DNA of 64,000 nucleotides from Octopus sinensis (GCF_006345805.1 NC_043014.1:26288001-26352000), one strand, 5' to 3'. Numbered from the stretch's first letter, positions 28,160 through 40,882 are shown. Numbers and translations are program-made. Notes: generated by a model not told the origin, from the letters alone.

Positions 28160-28248
28160 TTTCTTCCTGAAGAGAAAGACACAATATGGTCCCATTATTC
28201 AATCGGATTTTGGTAATTTGTGCCTTTCGAAACACGTGTAGAATGAAA
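28160..28248 (+). ncRNA. Canonical-core type I hammerhead ribozyme, right arm, sense to Rh pre-mRNA
   Basis: TTTCTTC-CTGAAGA-GAAAG(ACACAA...TTGTGC)CTTTC-GAAA-CACGTG-TA-GAAtGAAA; predicted cleavage after A28240. Confidence 0.85.
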
Positions 28249-28456
28249 TAAAACGATTTCTGTTCAATCTGCGTTCAGCTCCATTTCTTCAATTCACCAA
28301 TAATGTTTTAATTTCAATTATCCGCACCAACGCACGGTTGCAACGCCAGATGGTTGTACCTCCAACCGTGCTGTTTACTGCTGTGATTTTTGCTACTAAG
28401 GTATCGGTTAAACTGTTGATTAATCTACTACAAGATTATTCATCTTTCTATTTCAC

Positions 28457-28492
<36 letters not shown>

Positions 28493-28573
28493 GCTTATTT
28501 TATATGCGTACATATATATGTATGTATATATCACTGAAGTACAATTTACTTCAAATTTTATCACATATTACAG

Positions 28574-28711
28574 GTTCATATCCAGAACGCTACTCTAGCT
28601 GGTGGAGTCGCAGTGGGCACTTCTGCAGATTTGATGATCCAACCTTATGGTGCAATAATTATAGGTTCAGTTGCTGGCTTGGTCTCTACTTTTGGTTACA
28701 AATATATAACA
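28574..28711 (+). CDS. Rh: Rh transporter exon (not in the ORF track)
   Basis: Translated by hand: [46 protein letters not shown]. Acceptor ttacag, donor gtaagt; 138 nt. Confidence 0.96.
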
Positions 28712-29679
28712 GTAAGTTGATTATAAGTATTTTGGGATTATCTATGTTAGACAGGAGTGTGACTCCTTCACCGCATATAATATATTCATTCACTCCATAC
28801 ACCATAGAACTCTTTATTTATTAACTCACATAAGTGAAGCACAATCATAAAAACGAGCTAATAGGGAAGCAGTCCAATGTGTTTGTGTGTATGTATGAAA
28901 GAGTAAGAGAGTGTGTGTATAGACTGACCTACACACGTATCCATGTAGTTAGATAGTTAATCAACTATCATATCTGCATTCCCTCTTGCGTTAGTCTACA
29001 CTCATAATGGTGAAAAGCATTTAAATGAACTAAAATGAATAATGTTGGTGCATCAGAATGGCTAGAGCTTTTTGACTGGAACATATAAATGATAAAAATG
29101 TTACGTCCACAACTATTTGCTAACTAGAATTATTTCACTTTGTTTTAACTATATATCACTATATCTTCATGACATAAGTTTTACTATGTTAAACATTTCG
29201 ACCATGCATACGATTTGAACACACAAATGCAGAATAATAGTAACATTCTCTTTCTCTCATCTCACTTTCCCTCTCTCTTAGACTCCTCTTCCTTCTCTCT
29301 CTTTCTATATACATGTATATTTCTCTATTCGAGTTATTACCTCCCTTGGCGTAAGCGTAACACACATGATAGAGACAGTAACGCATGAACGCGTAGAATG
29401 ATAATATAGAATAATGATGATGATAATAATTGACAATGGTGTATTGCACTCAAAGGCAAAGGTTGTAAAGCTATATACACCGCCAAACGTTGAAGGACTA
29501 GGGCTTATCTGTGTGAGAGTTTGCGTGGTTAATGAATGCAGATCTCTGTAGAACAGCAAATACCCTGCGGAAAGTATTGTCAGTCTGAAGTTCACAAATT
29601 GATAGGGAGTCAAAAAAATGATTCATTCCTAACAGGTCGTCACAACTTGTTTAAATGAAAGCATAATGATAATAATAAT

Positions 29680-29755
<76 letters not shown>

Positions 29756-29758
29756 TAA

Positions 29759-30140
29759 GGCGCAGGAGTGTCTGTGTGGTAATTAGCTTGCTAACCAACC
29801 ACATGGTTCCGGGTTCAGTCCCACTGCGTGGCATCTCAGGCCGACCAATGCCTTGTGAGTGGATTTGGTAGACGGAAACTGAAAGAAGCCTGTCGTATAT
29901 ATGTATATATATATATGTATGTGTGTGTGTTTGTGTGTCTGTGTTTGTCCCCCTAGCATTGCTTGACAACCGATGTTGGTGTGTTTACGTCCCCATCACT
30001 TAGCGGTTCGGCAAAAAGAGACCGATAGAATAAGTACTGGGCTTACAAAGAATAAGTCCCGGGGTCGATTTGCTCGACTAAAGGCGGTGCTCCAGCATGG
30101 CCGCAATCAAATGACTGAAACAAGTATAAGAAAGGAAAGA
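29759..30140 (+). mobile_element. tRNA-derived SINE, family 1
   Basis: Same head and tail as 176-592, with a small internal deletion. Confidence 0.9.
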
Positions 30141-30151
30141 AAGAAGAAAGA

Positions 30152-30207
<56 letters not shown>

Positions 30208-30216
30208 TAATAAATG

Positions 30217-30767
30217 CCATGATGCAGTATCAGGCGCTGGCTCTCATGGCTTCTGATCTTAACTGATTGGAAGTGTTATCATGTACACTGTTTTGTCTTG
30301 GTATAAAAGATGAGCTACAGGAGATATTCTGCTCAATATCATAAATTTGCTTGTCAGTTGTCTGACCGTAATCAGTTGAGCATGTCCCTCGGTGGTTGAC
30401 AATATGTGCATCTCTGATCACGGGGAGAAGTAGTGGGGGAGCATCAATGCCATGTTTTGAGAGGAATTCTTTGGGGTTTAAATAATTCACCTCTGGAAAC
30501 ATGAGTGTTTAGTTCAACATCCATAAACAACTCTTATTCAGGGTTTTTTTTTTGAGCGTGATGGGCTACTCGACGTGAAGAAAATTCTAACTGGATCTCT
30601 CCTGTAAGGTCATGCCCTATTTATCTTGGTATGGGATCACCATTTCACGCACATATGGTTGTGATGCACGTGGCTGGTGTACCCTTATCAGAAGGGTAGT
30701 CATGGTAGGTATACTGGGGTTCGTATATTTGTGCCCCATTGTCACTTTGATGGCATGCACTTCTCTC

Positions 30768-30770
<3 letters not shown>
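30217..30770 (+). mobile_element. About 555-bp interspersed element with (AAT)n tail (SINE-like or LINE 3' end)
   Basis: Reverse complement of the copies at 43770-44324 and 44381-44935; partial copy near 34905-35060. Confidence 0.75.
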
Positions 30771-30814
<44 letters not shown>

Positions 30815-31055
30815 TAATAGTAATAGAGCACCGTGTAGTGAACAATCTGGGAAAATATTCATTACCGCTGGTTAATCAGAATGTGTCAAGTAAGAAGTTT
30901 TAACTATAATTGTATAACACAAAAGAATTCTTTTTATCTCAATAATAAAAATCTCTTTGATATGAGAATTCCTTTTCTTTTTCTTTCTCCCCTCCTTCCT
31001 TATTACTTTTTCTGTTTGCTTTTCTTTACCTTACTTCAATTTGCTTCATTTGCAG

Positions 31056-31189
31056 CCGTTTTTGTCATCCAAGCTGAAAACTCATGATACGTGTGGCGTG
31101 AACAATCTGCACGGCATGCCTGCTCTTATTGCAGGTATTGCCGGTGCTGTCGCTGCAGCGATTGCAACAGAAGACACTTATGGACTCAG
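31056..31189 (+). CDS. Rh: Rh transporter exon (second pore His; not in the ORF track)
   Basis: [44 protein letters not shown]. Acceptor ttgcag, donor gtacga; 134 nt, phase 0 to 2. Confidence 0.96.
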
Positions 31190-32116
31190 GTACGATGTTG
31201 AATTTAAACCATGATAAACTCGTTACAGAGTAAGATAACGACACATATAATTTTCGAATTACAAAGACCCTTACTTTTTGTCTCAATCGAGTTTAGTGGA
31301 TTAAAAAACGTAAATCTTCTTTCTACGTACCAAATGCTGGCATATCGCAAGAGGGACTTGAACTTCATGCAGCCACGTAACTTAATTACTCATCAGTTGT
31401 ACAATGCCGTCATATCTTACACTGGTGAATTCAACTATCTGTAAAGTCAATTTAATACATGAAGGAGTCAAGCGTAAGAGTCTAAGCATCTTGGCAACTG
31501 ACATTATGCAGTACTGCTAACAGTATGTAAGCCGCCAGTTTTTGGTAGCCAATGGCTGTAATTATTCTTTCTCCCTCTCTCTCTCGCTCGCACACACACA
31601 AATACATATCTATATGTGTATGAATTTAGACATACCTTCACACAAGCTGTTATAATTCTACGCATATTCAATCAAGGCATGTTTTCTTTCTAAAACATGA
31701 AACTCTAAACATGTAACAGAAACAAAATTCAAAGTGGCTTTCTACGTGTCATATTTTCATTCGCAATACGGTTGGTTCGTCGTAATCATAACTCCCACCG
31801 TGTTTATTTGTGTTTTTGAGCCTAACAAAAACAATGGCAATACCTCTCGCGTGCGCGCGTACGCACACACACACACACCCGGACGCACACCACGGTCATA
31901 CACTCACGAACGCACATATATGACTGTGCGGATTTTGTCATGTTCTTCAAAGTAATATTGTTGTGTCTTTTGTTATTGATTCTCGCCCTGTTCTGTGTAA
32001 GCTGACCTAAGATTAAAAGTGTTGTAGCAGTAATCATCCCGCCTTTATTTAAAGCATTGTCTTCCTTACATGACTTTGTATATATATGCTTCCGTCTCTT
32101 TCAAGAGGAAGATATA

Positions 32117-32345
32117 TATTTCTTTACTACCCAAAAGGGCTAAACACAGAGGGGACAAACAAGGAGAGACAAACGGATTAAGTCGATTACATCGACCCGA
32201 GTACGTAACTGGTACTTATTTTATCGACCCCAAAAGGATGAAAGACTAAGTCGACCTCGGCGGAATTTGAACTCAGAACGTAGCGGCAGACGAAATACGG
32301 CTTCGCATTTCGCCCGGCGTGCTAAGGTTTCTGCCAGCTCGCCAC
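32117..32345 (-). mobile_element. tRNA-derived SINE, family 2, full length with TSD
   Basis: 13-bp TSD AGAGGAAGATATA at 32104-32116 and 32346-32358. Head GTGGCGAGCTGGCAG...GAGTTCAAATTCC; central TTTCATCC..GGGGTCGATAAAATAAGTACCAG. Confidence 0.9.
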
Positions 32346-32793
32346 AGAGGAAGATATAGTTGGTTTTTAAGAGTCGGGAGAGCACACATAAATGTATTAT
32401 TATTGATCTATGAAATACCTTACAGTCATTTAATATATTTAAACATTTGGCCTCTTGTCACAGCCTAGAAACTAATATTTGACTAATATTTACTTAAGGA
32501 ACACCCCTGTACCGTACATACAATCATTAGTTTATTTGTTCTAAATCCCAAACAAACATACATCTTTAAAATAGATATACGTATCTATACAGTAGACGAA
32601 TCAACTTAGGACGAATCAATATAGGATGAGCTGAGTTAACTATTCGGATCTCAGTATTCCCTTCTAAATTACAATCAAACTGAGTGAGAATCATTTGCAC
32701 ATTCTTTTGAGTGGCTGTGTGGTAAGTAGCTTACTTACTAACCACATGGTTCTAACCCTGTCCAATCGATGCATATATATATATATAATATGT

Positions 32794-32968
32794 GACAATT
32801 ATTCGGTAGCCATGATAAAACTCAGAGTTTCGGATATCGGGGCGGAAACCCACGTCGGCATCTCTTCAGTTATCGGGCCATCGTTTTCTTCAGATGAAGA
32901 GATGCCGGCGTGGTTTTCCGCCCCGATATCCGAAACTCGGAGTTTTATCATGGCTACCGAATAATTGT
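32794..32968. repeat. Foldback made of two inverted hammerhead-bearing repeats
   Basis: Arms AATTATTCGGTAGCC...CATCTCTTCA and TGAAGAGATG...GGCTACCGAATAATT; same family at 58863-59060. Confidence 0.9.
32814..32874 (-). ncRNA. Type I hammerhead ribozyme, GUU site
   Basis: Minus strand reads GATAA-CTGAAGA-GATGCCG...CGATATCc-GAAA-CTCTGAG-TT-TTATC. Confidence 0.7.
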
Positions 32969-33510
32969 TGCATATTATATTTACAGATAAATTCCTCTAT
33001 TTACATAATATCGCGGTCGCTTTCATTCCTTTGTTGTCTAACCATTTCTATCAATATATACATATGAAGTAACAAACTGAGGAAAAGAACTCTTTCAAAG
33101 GAGTGTGTTGAACATCCTATTCACTGGTACTTCAACTGGATACGATATAAATATTAGTATATTTCAATAATAAAGATAAATTAAATATAGAGATATTCTA
33201 TCGACATTCAAGAATTTATTTATATTACAATATTATTATTAGTTAATTTAAACAAATACTTTCTTTTTTATAATTAATTGAACAATTTATTTTATTACCC
33301 CTGGATCACCTATAAGGGACCTAGGTGTGTAGTGCTATTAAACTAGCTTTAATTTGGAAGTTAATATATGCCCTCATTTAGTATCGAAACCTACTATTTC
33401 TGTGGTGAAGAGCTCTAGGCGCTATTTGTGGGGATGGTGCAAAGGATCTTAATGCTATTTATATTTAACGAAGGTAAAATTACCCTTGTGTAGGCAGGCT
33501 ATATTTTGAT

Positions 33511-33575
<65 letters not shown>

Positions 33576-34459
33576 GTGTGTGTGTGTGTGTGTGTCTGTG
33601 TCCGTGTGTTTATACAACCTTATATATATGATTTATACAACTTTTCCATTAAAAGAAAGTTGTAGAGTTGGCGCTAAGCACCTGGTGATTTGACTCTTCT
33701 TCGGGAAGTAATCGCAACATGTCTCGAATTCTGTATGTCTGGTCATCTATTGGCGCATACTACTGATCACGTATGATCAAGCAACCTATTCTGTATATCA
33801 CCTTCGTTGTGTCGGTAGTTAATGTACATTCATATGCTCAATTACGCGTAACTATGCATACATACATACATACATACATACTACATACATACATACATAC
33901 ATACATACATACATACATACATACATACATACATGCATGCATGCATGCATACATACATACATACATACATACATACATACATACATACATACATACACTA
34001 AAGCCTCTACATGTACACATCAAGATGTATATGCATTAACACACAGCAGTGATATTTACATGCCTTTTGTTTTTCAGTGTACATAGCACTTATATACATA
34101 CATTACATGCATACAAATATACATAAATAGCTGCCATATACCATTAGTTATCTTTACCTATAGCACACATCAGAACCAAAATCAAGTTTATATCTCAACA
34201 CGTCTTCCAAAAATACACATGAATGGAAGTATGTATGTGTGTGGGTTTGTGTAAATACAGTATTTCTAATTTTACTTTTTCTCTTATACGAACACTACCA
34301 CTTATGTACTTACTAACTTTGGCAAATACGTACTGATACACACAGAGACCCTTCTTAACACACACAAACGCCACACGTGCGCACGTAAGCACTCACACAT
34401 ATACACACATATACACACATATTAATGAATTACCATTTTCTTCATTTTGTATTTTCCAG

Positions 34460-34638
34460 TCTCTATGAACATTTTCCGTTCCGTCTTCCTGCAAGCAACG
34501 GCACAGAGTTTATTCGAATTGGAAGTAACATGTCGATAGAACTAGGAGCTGGAAGAAGTGCCATTGAACAAGGAGGATATCAGATGTTAGCTCTTGTTAT
34601 TACCCTGGCTATTGCTGTCGTTGGGGGAGCTCTAACAG
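34460..34638 (+). CDS. Rh: Rh transporter exon
   Basis: LYEHFPFRLPASNGTEF...GRSAIEQGGYQMLALVITLAIAVVGGALT. Acceptor ttccag, donor gtaaca; 179 nt, phase 2 to 1. Confidence 0.95.
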
Positions 34639-36236
34639 GTAACAATTACTTTCCAGAAATCAAGCCATCACCTCAGTTCTATAGTTATTACATCAATGAG
34701 ATGTGTGCTATAGCTCAGGCTTCGTGGTGATGGCTAAAACAAATTCAACAGCTTACTAATCTCTCAGTTAATAGCAACATTGTGCAATACGAGTTTGTCT
34801 TTGAGCAGCAACTGTTATTTCCTATTTCCCTACACATAGAAAGTATGAAAAATGGCAAATATTTATTTCAAACTTTGCTTTTCTTACATTTATTCAAACC
34901 CCACCCAAAGAATCCCTCTCAACACATGATTATACTGCTCTCCCACTACTTCTGCTTATGATCAGAGATGCACATACTGTCAGCCACTAAGGTGCATGCT
35001 GTAATGGTCAAGGTCAAGCAACTGACAAGCAAATGTTTGGTATTGAGCAGATTATTTGCTATAACGATATTTATGCTTCAGCAACTCAGTACTGAATTTA
35101 TCTGAAATGTGATGGAAAATAGGTCAGCATCAAACATTAATGTCTAGGTCACAAAAGCAAAGTTTGAAGGGAATAGTAGTCATTTCCTTTAATTTCTATA
35201 TAGAAGCAAATAAGAAATACAACTTATTGATCAAAAGCAATAAAATAAAATAAAATAAAAATTTTGTTACACTATAATAATTGAAAAAAGAATTACTTCA
35301 AGTCACAAAACACATTAGCATTCGCTGCTAGCATTCAGTTCTGTATTAAATGTTTATGCTCACGCAGTCTTACGCCAGTCTGCCTGAAGATTATGTCAAG
35401 GATAGAAGTATCTGCGGAATATTCATCCATTTACACTGTAATTCAAATGAATAGGTTTCGCTGATTAAGTGACTGAAACACTTGACGTTATGAGATCCAT
35501 TTACCCTTCATTCATTCATTCATTCGTCGTCGTCGTCATCATTATTATAATCATCATCATCATCATTGTTGCCATTGTCGTCGTCGTCGTCATCGTTGTC
35601 ATCATCATCGTCATTGGCATTGTCGTCATCATCATTATTTTTCCATGGTCGTATAGGTTGGCAGGTTCAGCAGGAACCGACGATCCAGAAAACTACGCTG
35701 AGCTCCAATATCTGTTTTAGCATGGTTTATAGAACTGAATGCCCTTCCTTATGTCAGCCATTTTAAATGATGTATTAGTTGCTGTTCTTATGGCAAGAAA
35801 AAAACCCTTGACAAGGTGGGAGAACAGTATTGAAGGACGTGGAATTGTGCCAGCTTTTGAAAATTTAAAGTATAATGCAGGAACAAGAAAAAGTGTCTGG
35901 TTAGAGAGGAAATATATAGCTATTCCAGCTGAAAAGGAAGAAAAGGTGAAGGAAATGTCAGGGTGCCCCTTCAAGATATAAGAAGGTGGATATTAAAAAG
36001 AATAAGGAGACAGAAACTAGGATGGCTTGATGAATAGGTTTGTGAAAGCAATAATATTTTAGTGTAGATATACGAAAAATAAGGAATTGCTATATTTCAG
36101 TTTCCGTCGACCAAACTGACGCACAATGCTTTGGTTGGTCCGAAGCAACAGTAGAAGATAGCTGCATAAGGTGTCACGCTGTGAGACTGACCCCAGAACT
36201 ATTTGATTGGGAAGCAAAATTCTTACCACCCAGCCA

Positions 36237-36354
<118 letters not shown>

Positions 36355-37132
36355 ACTATATATGTCTAGTATACGTAATTAAGATAGTATTAAATTAAAA
36401 TACACACTGATGATAGACCAGTTACAGCAGTATTTGTCCGGAGATAACATCATTTATGGACTTGCTGAGAGCGCGGAGTTGCACTCAGTCACATCAGCTA
36501 TATATATTGTAACAGTGTTTTATTGTGTTAAGTTGATCATATTGACATATTCTCTCTAGTATGTTTTGTCTGTATCTGTACATACATATAAATAATCAAG
36601 TCTCTAAATTTAGGGACAGAAAGTGACACCGTTTAGAGAAAATACACTTCCAAAGCGTAAACAAAAGCATCTGTGGTTGCATTAGTTGTTAACAGCCCCA
36701 CCATCTCCCCTCTCACATATACTTGTAGATATACGAGTTGAAATAATATATATGTATATATAAAAACGCACGCATGTGTCTTTGAGTGTGTGCGTGTGTG
36801 CGTGTATATAGACATATATTTTTCTACTAGTATATCTAATTGCCTTTTGGAATACACTTTTTATATACATCAGTAATGCCTTCCCCACTGGAAAACCCTT
36901 CCCTGTATATTGCACAAATGTAATTCTTTCTTCCAAAATAAATTGCACTTTATATTCGAGGCTCCGATGAAGATATAAGATGTAATTCGGGCATTCAACT
37001 AAGAATCCACGACATCTTATAGCAGAAACAGCTATTAGCTAATGAAGTTCATAACATAACAATCGTTTTTTCCGTGTCATCTATTTTTCTTACACACACA
37101 CACACACACACACACACCACACACACACACAT

Positions 37133-37168
<36 letters not shown>

Positions 37169-37766
37169 GTGGGACATACCTTTGAGTAAGTACATATAGG
37201 TTAAAGTAGTGAGGAGCAGCAAACAGTTAGGCAATGCAGGAAAAAGACATTTAATCTCTTTTAATCCAATCTAAGACTTAGTTACATAACGAATGGTAAA
37301 AATAGTTCAAACTGATAAAGATAGTCTCTGACAGGTGTTTCTAGGATGTCTCAGATACTGGGGCATCGTATCGAGCGAAGACTCTATAAATTAAGTATTT
37401 CCTCATCAGAGAAATATAGGCTAGACAGTAAATGGATGTTCCTCATCAAGGGTATTTGTTGTGGTTCATTAAGTCCAGGAGGGCAGGAGTCCCCAATTAA
37501 ATCCAGTTGGATCGGGTCTTCTTTAAGTAAAACCCTGATCAGAAAGAATGGTCAAGTAGTACAGCATGGTGAATAAAGGGAAAGAATTGTTATCAATATT
37601 GAAGGAAAATGAAAATGAATGCTAGCAGATCCAAAGGTACGCATGGAATAAAAATACAGTCTATGGCGCACTGCATAACAATTCTTTCCCTCTGCTCGCC
37701 AGGCCTTTCCATTTAATCGTTGTTCCCGATCATGGATTTACCTAAAGAAGATCCAATCCAATCTCC

Positions 37767-37808
<42 letters not shown>

Positions 37809-37811
37809 CTA

Positions 37812-37902
<91 letters not shown>

Positions 37903-37935
37903 ATATATTATATATATATATATATAGATAGATAT

Positions 37936-37993
<58 letters not shown>

Positions 37994-37997
37994 TATA

Positions 37998-38059
<62 letters not shown>

Positions 38060-38167
38060 TATAGATAGATAGATAGATAGATAGATAGATCTGTGTGTAC
38101 ATCTATGTATGTATATTACATGCAAAAGTGAGAGTGAAACATGTTCTTTGTTTTTTGTTTTTGACAG

Positions 38168-38310
38168 GTGTCATCTTGAAATTTGTGCCTGTTCTGGATC
38201 AACCACATGATGATAACCTATTCGACGACAAGAAATACTGGCACATACCTGTAGATGAGGAATCTACGCAGAATGGGGACACTAACCAGTTAGCCCAAGT
38301 TTCAGCATAA
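38168..38310 (+). CDS. Rh: Rh transporter last coding exon
   Basis: GVILKFVPVLDQPHDDNLFDDKKYWHIP...QVSA* with the typical Rh C-terminal FDD..YW motif. Acceptor ttgacag; stop TAA at 38308-38310. Confidence 0.93.
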
Positions 38311-38647
38311 CATGCTGTCATGGAACGAATTGGATTACATGGCCATTTACAAGGAAAATCGTTTGCTCGGCCTATTGGCACATAAATAGGATACAATATT
38401 GTACACACATGCACATACACATATGTGTGTGAGTGTATGTGCAAGTGCACATACGTATGTACATTGTGCATATGTGCATATTTATCTATACATACATAAA
38501 TACATACACACTCACACATATTAAATTAAATCCAATACAAGGAAAATAAGGATGAAAACATTCAATCTTTAGTTGGCTCCACTGTTTAATACCCAATCTT
38601 ATACAGAAAAACTTTACAATTCACATGGGTATATATTAAATTCATAA

Positions 38648-39035
38648 AAATGAATAAAAAAATGAATATATACAATTGACAATTCAGAAATTAAAATTTA
38701 TTAACATAATATTATACTATTATTATAATATAATAAATAATTAATATTAAATACAAATTACATACAATTGTTTCGATTCTTACACAAAATAAAATTAGAA
38801 AAATCCATTGTTAGTGAGTAAGAATCTCTTCGGATGTATGAATCCTCATATGTCAAAAATTACACTGAAGAGATTCTTATTCACAAACAATGGATTTTTT
38901 TTAATTAATTTACAATTGTATGTAATTTGTTTTTAATATTTATCATTTATTATATCATAAGAATATAATATAATATTATGTTAATAAATTTTAATTTTTG
39001 AATTGACAATTGTATATCTCCATTTTCTATTCATT
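38648..39035. repeat. AT-rich decayed foldback with hammerhead remnants in both arms
   Basis: Inverted arms centred near 38845, with AAGAATCTCTTC mirrored by GAAGAGATTCTT. Confidence 0.8.
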
Positions 39036-39047
39036 TATATATATTAT

Positions 39048-39364
39048 TTATTTATTTAAAGGACACAATACATGTCTTTAAGTGCTACTAATAGTTTCAT
39101 ATGTTGAGAAATATCTCAGACATATTCAACATATTCATCAGGCACAAACCACATATCATAAGGTATAAGCCTAATGAAGAACTCACATATATGCATAAAA
39201 AGTCTTGTCACCCTCCTGTGATATCTAAAAATATGATTGTTAATTATTAGTAACAGCGTGTTTAACCTCTCTTCCTCTAAATAAATTTTCGAGAAAGCAG
39301 CCTCCTACTATTACAATGCTCTAGCCAATAGTGGCTTCAAAGATAAATTGATATATAATACCTC

Positions 39365-39435
<71 letters not shown>

Positions 39436-40350
39436 GTAGTAGTAGTAGATCTAGTAACATCAAAGACAAAGTAATAGATAATTCCTCTAATATTATTCAA
39501 ATGATAATAAGAGACCAAAAAATTGGCCAAGGAAAATTACTTAATAGGCGTTATGTGAAATTATCATACAGCTATTGCCTGAATAGGAAGAGTATCATTA
39601 CTCGTGGTCAATACCAAGAGTCTAGAACCAGCTGTAACAGTCGCGACCCAGGATCTTGTCCACTTGACCAACGATGTATGATTAAATCTAACATATATGA
39701 GGCAGAAGTTACTGAAACCCTAAACAATAATACAACAGATAAGAAGGCCTATATAGGATTATGTGAAGAGGAATTTAAAACTCGCTATACCAAACACATA
39801 GCCTCCTTCCGGCATAAAGACAAAAACAAAGTTAATAATTTGGCTAACGAGACACCACATATGATTATGTGGAAAATAATTGAGAAATCCATACCTAATT
39901 TTAATGGATCGAATAAATGTAGGCTTTGTTTAAGTGAAAGAGCGCAGATCCTGTTCAGATCTAAGATCTCCCGATCTGAAATTTTCACCGGTAGCAAGCA
40001 TATGTATAAATATATTTTGAAGAATTGAAAAATCCCGCCTATTCCTGATTAAGTTGTTGATATCTTTCAAGCCTTAGAATTTAAGGTCTAAGGCGAATAA
40101 CTCTTTTACCATTATTACTTTTTACTTTTTACATTTAATTTTTTGCTTTCTTTTTCCGTTTTTTCAACCATCCGCATTTATTATATGCTGCGTTCTCAGA
40201 TTTTTCGCGTTTCTTCTCTTATTCGATACGTTTTCTTTTAGTTCGTTATGATATGTGGTTTGTACTTAATATATATGTTTGGGATATTTCTGAACATATG
40301 AAATTATTAGTTGCACTTAAAGACATGTATTGTGTCCTTTAAATAAATAA
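39048..40350 (+). mobile_element. 5'-truncated Penelope-like element PLE4 with inverted pLTR ends
   Basis: Thumb remnant KPNEELTYMHKKSCHPP, then ORF 39348-40028 GIY-YIG (CPLDQRC..IYEAEV..YIGL..FKTRY..H, CRLCLSE). 39048-39160 is inverted relative to 40246-40350. Confidence 0.88.
39082..39145 (-). ncRNA. Canonical type I hammerhead ribozyme
   Basis: Minus strand reads GTGC-CTGATGA-ATATGTTGA(18 nt)TCAACATAT-GAAA-CTATTAG-TA-GCAC. Confidence 0.85.
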
Positions 40351-40505
40351 TATTTATCTCTCACCACATGGAGTACTTTTTTACGAATTTTTTATCACAG
40401 AAGCATACAGTATGTATATATAGACATGAATGCATATTTGCATGTGCATGTCAATACATGATTATGAAAATATTTTATTGCGTGTGTGTATCTCTCTCCA
40501 CATAT

Positions 40506-40560
<55 letters not shown>

Positions 40561-40652
40561 GTTTTTATATATAAAGAACGTGAAATACAGGAAGGGACGA
40601 ACACGGAACACAGACAAATCATTCGAAATATATATATATATCTATATCTATC

Positions 40653-40729
<77 letters not shown>

Positions 40730-40882
40730 CAAAATTGAACAACAAAGCAAAACATCCAGACAGTTAGGTGATACAAAAATGGGACAACAAAACATCCAGA
40801 TAGACGATACAAAGAAAACAAGGATGGGTCATTCAAAGTTTTCGTTTCTCAGTCAAGTACCAGATTATCTTCGCAATTTCGG

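Larger units (their letters stand above)
27902..28310. repeat. Palindrome, 196-bp arms, 17-nt spacer, carrying two hammerheads
   Basis: No mismatch seen between arms; the ORF track gives identical peptides on opposite strands. Confidence 0.95.

Noticed and set aside
27971-28241. Paired identical ORFs on opposite strands (also 43100-43405)
   Set aside because: A consequence of palindrome symmetry; no protein similarity recognised.
35717-35981. Overlapping ORFs in the last Rh intron
   Set aside because: No splice fit with Rh; at most a decayed LINE ORF2 C-terminal fragment, too weak to call.
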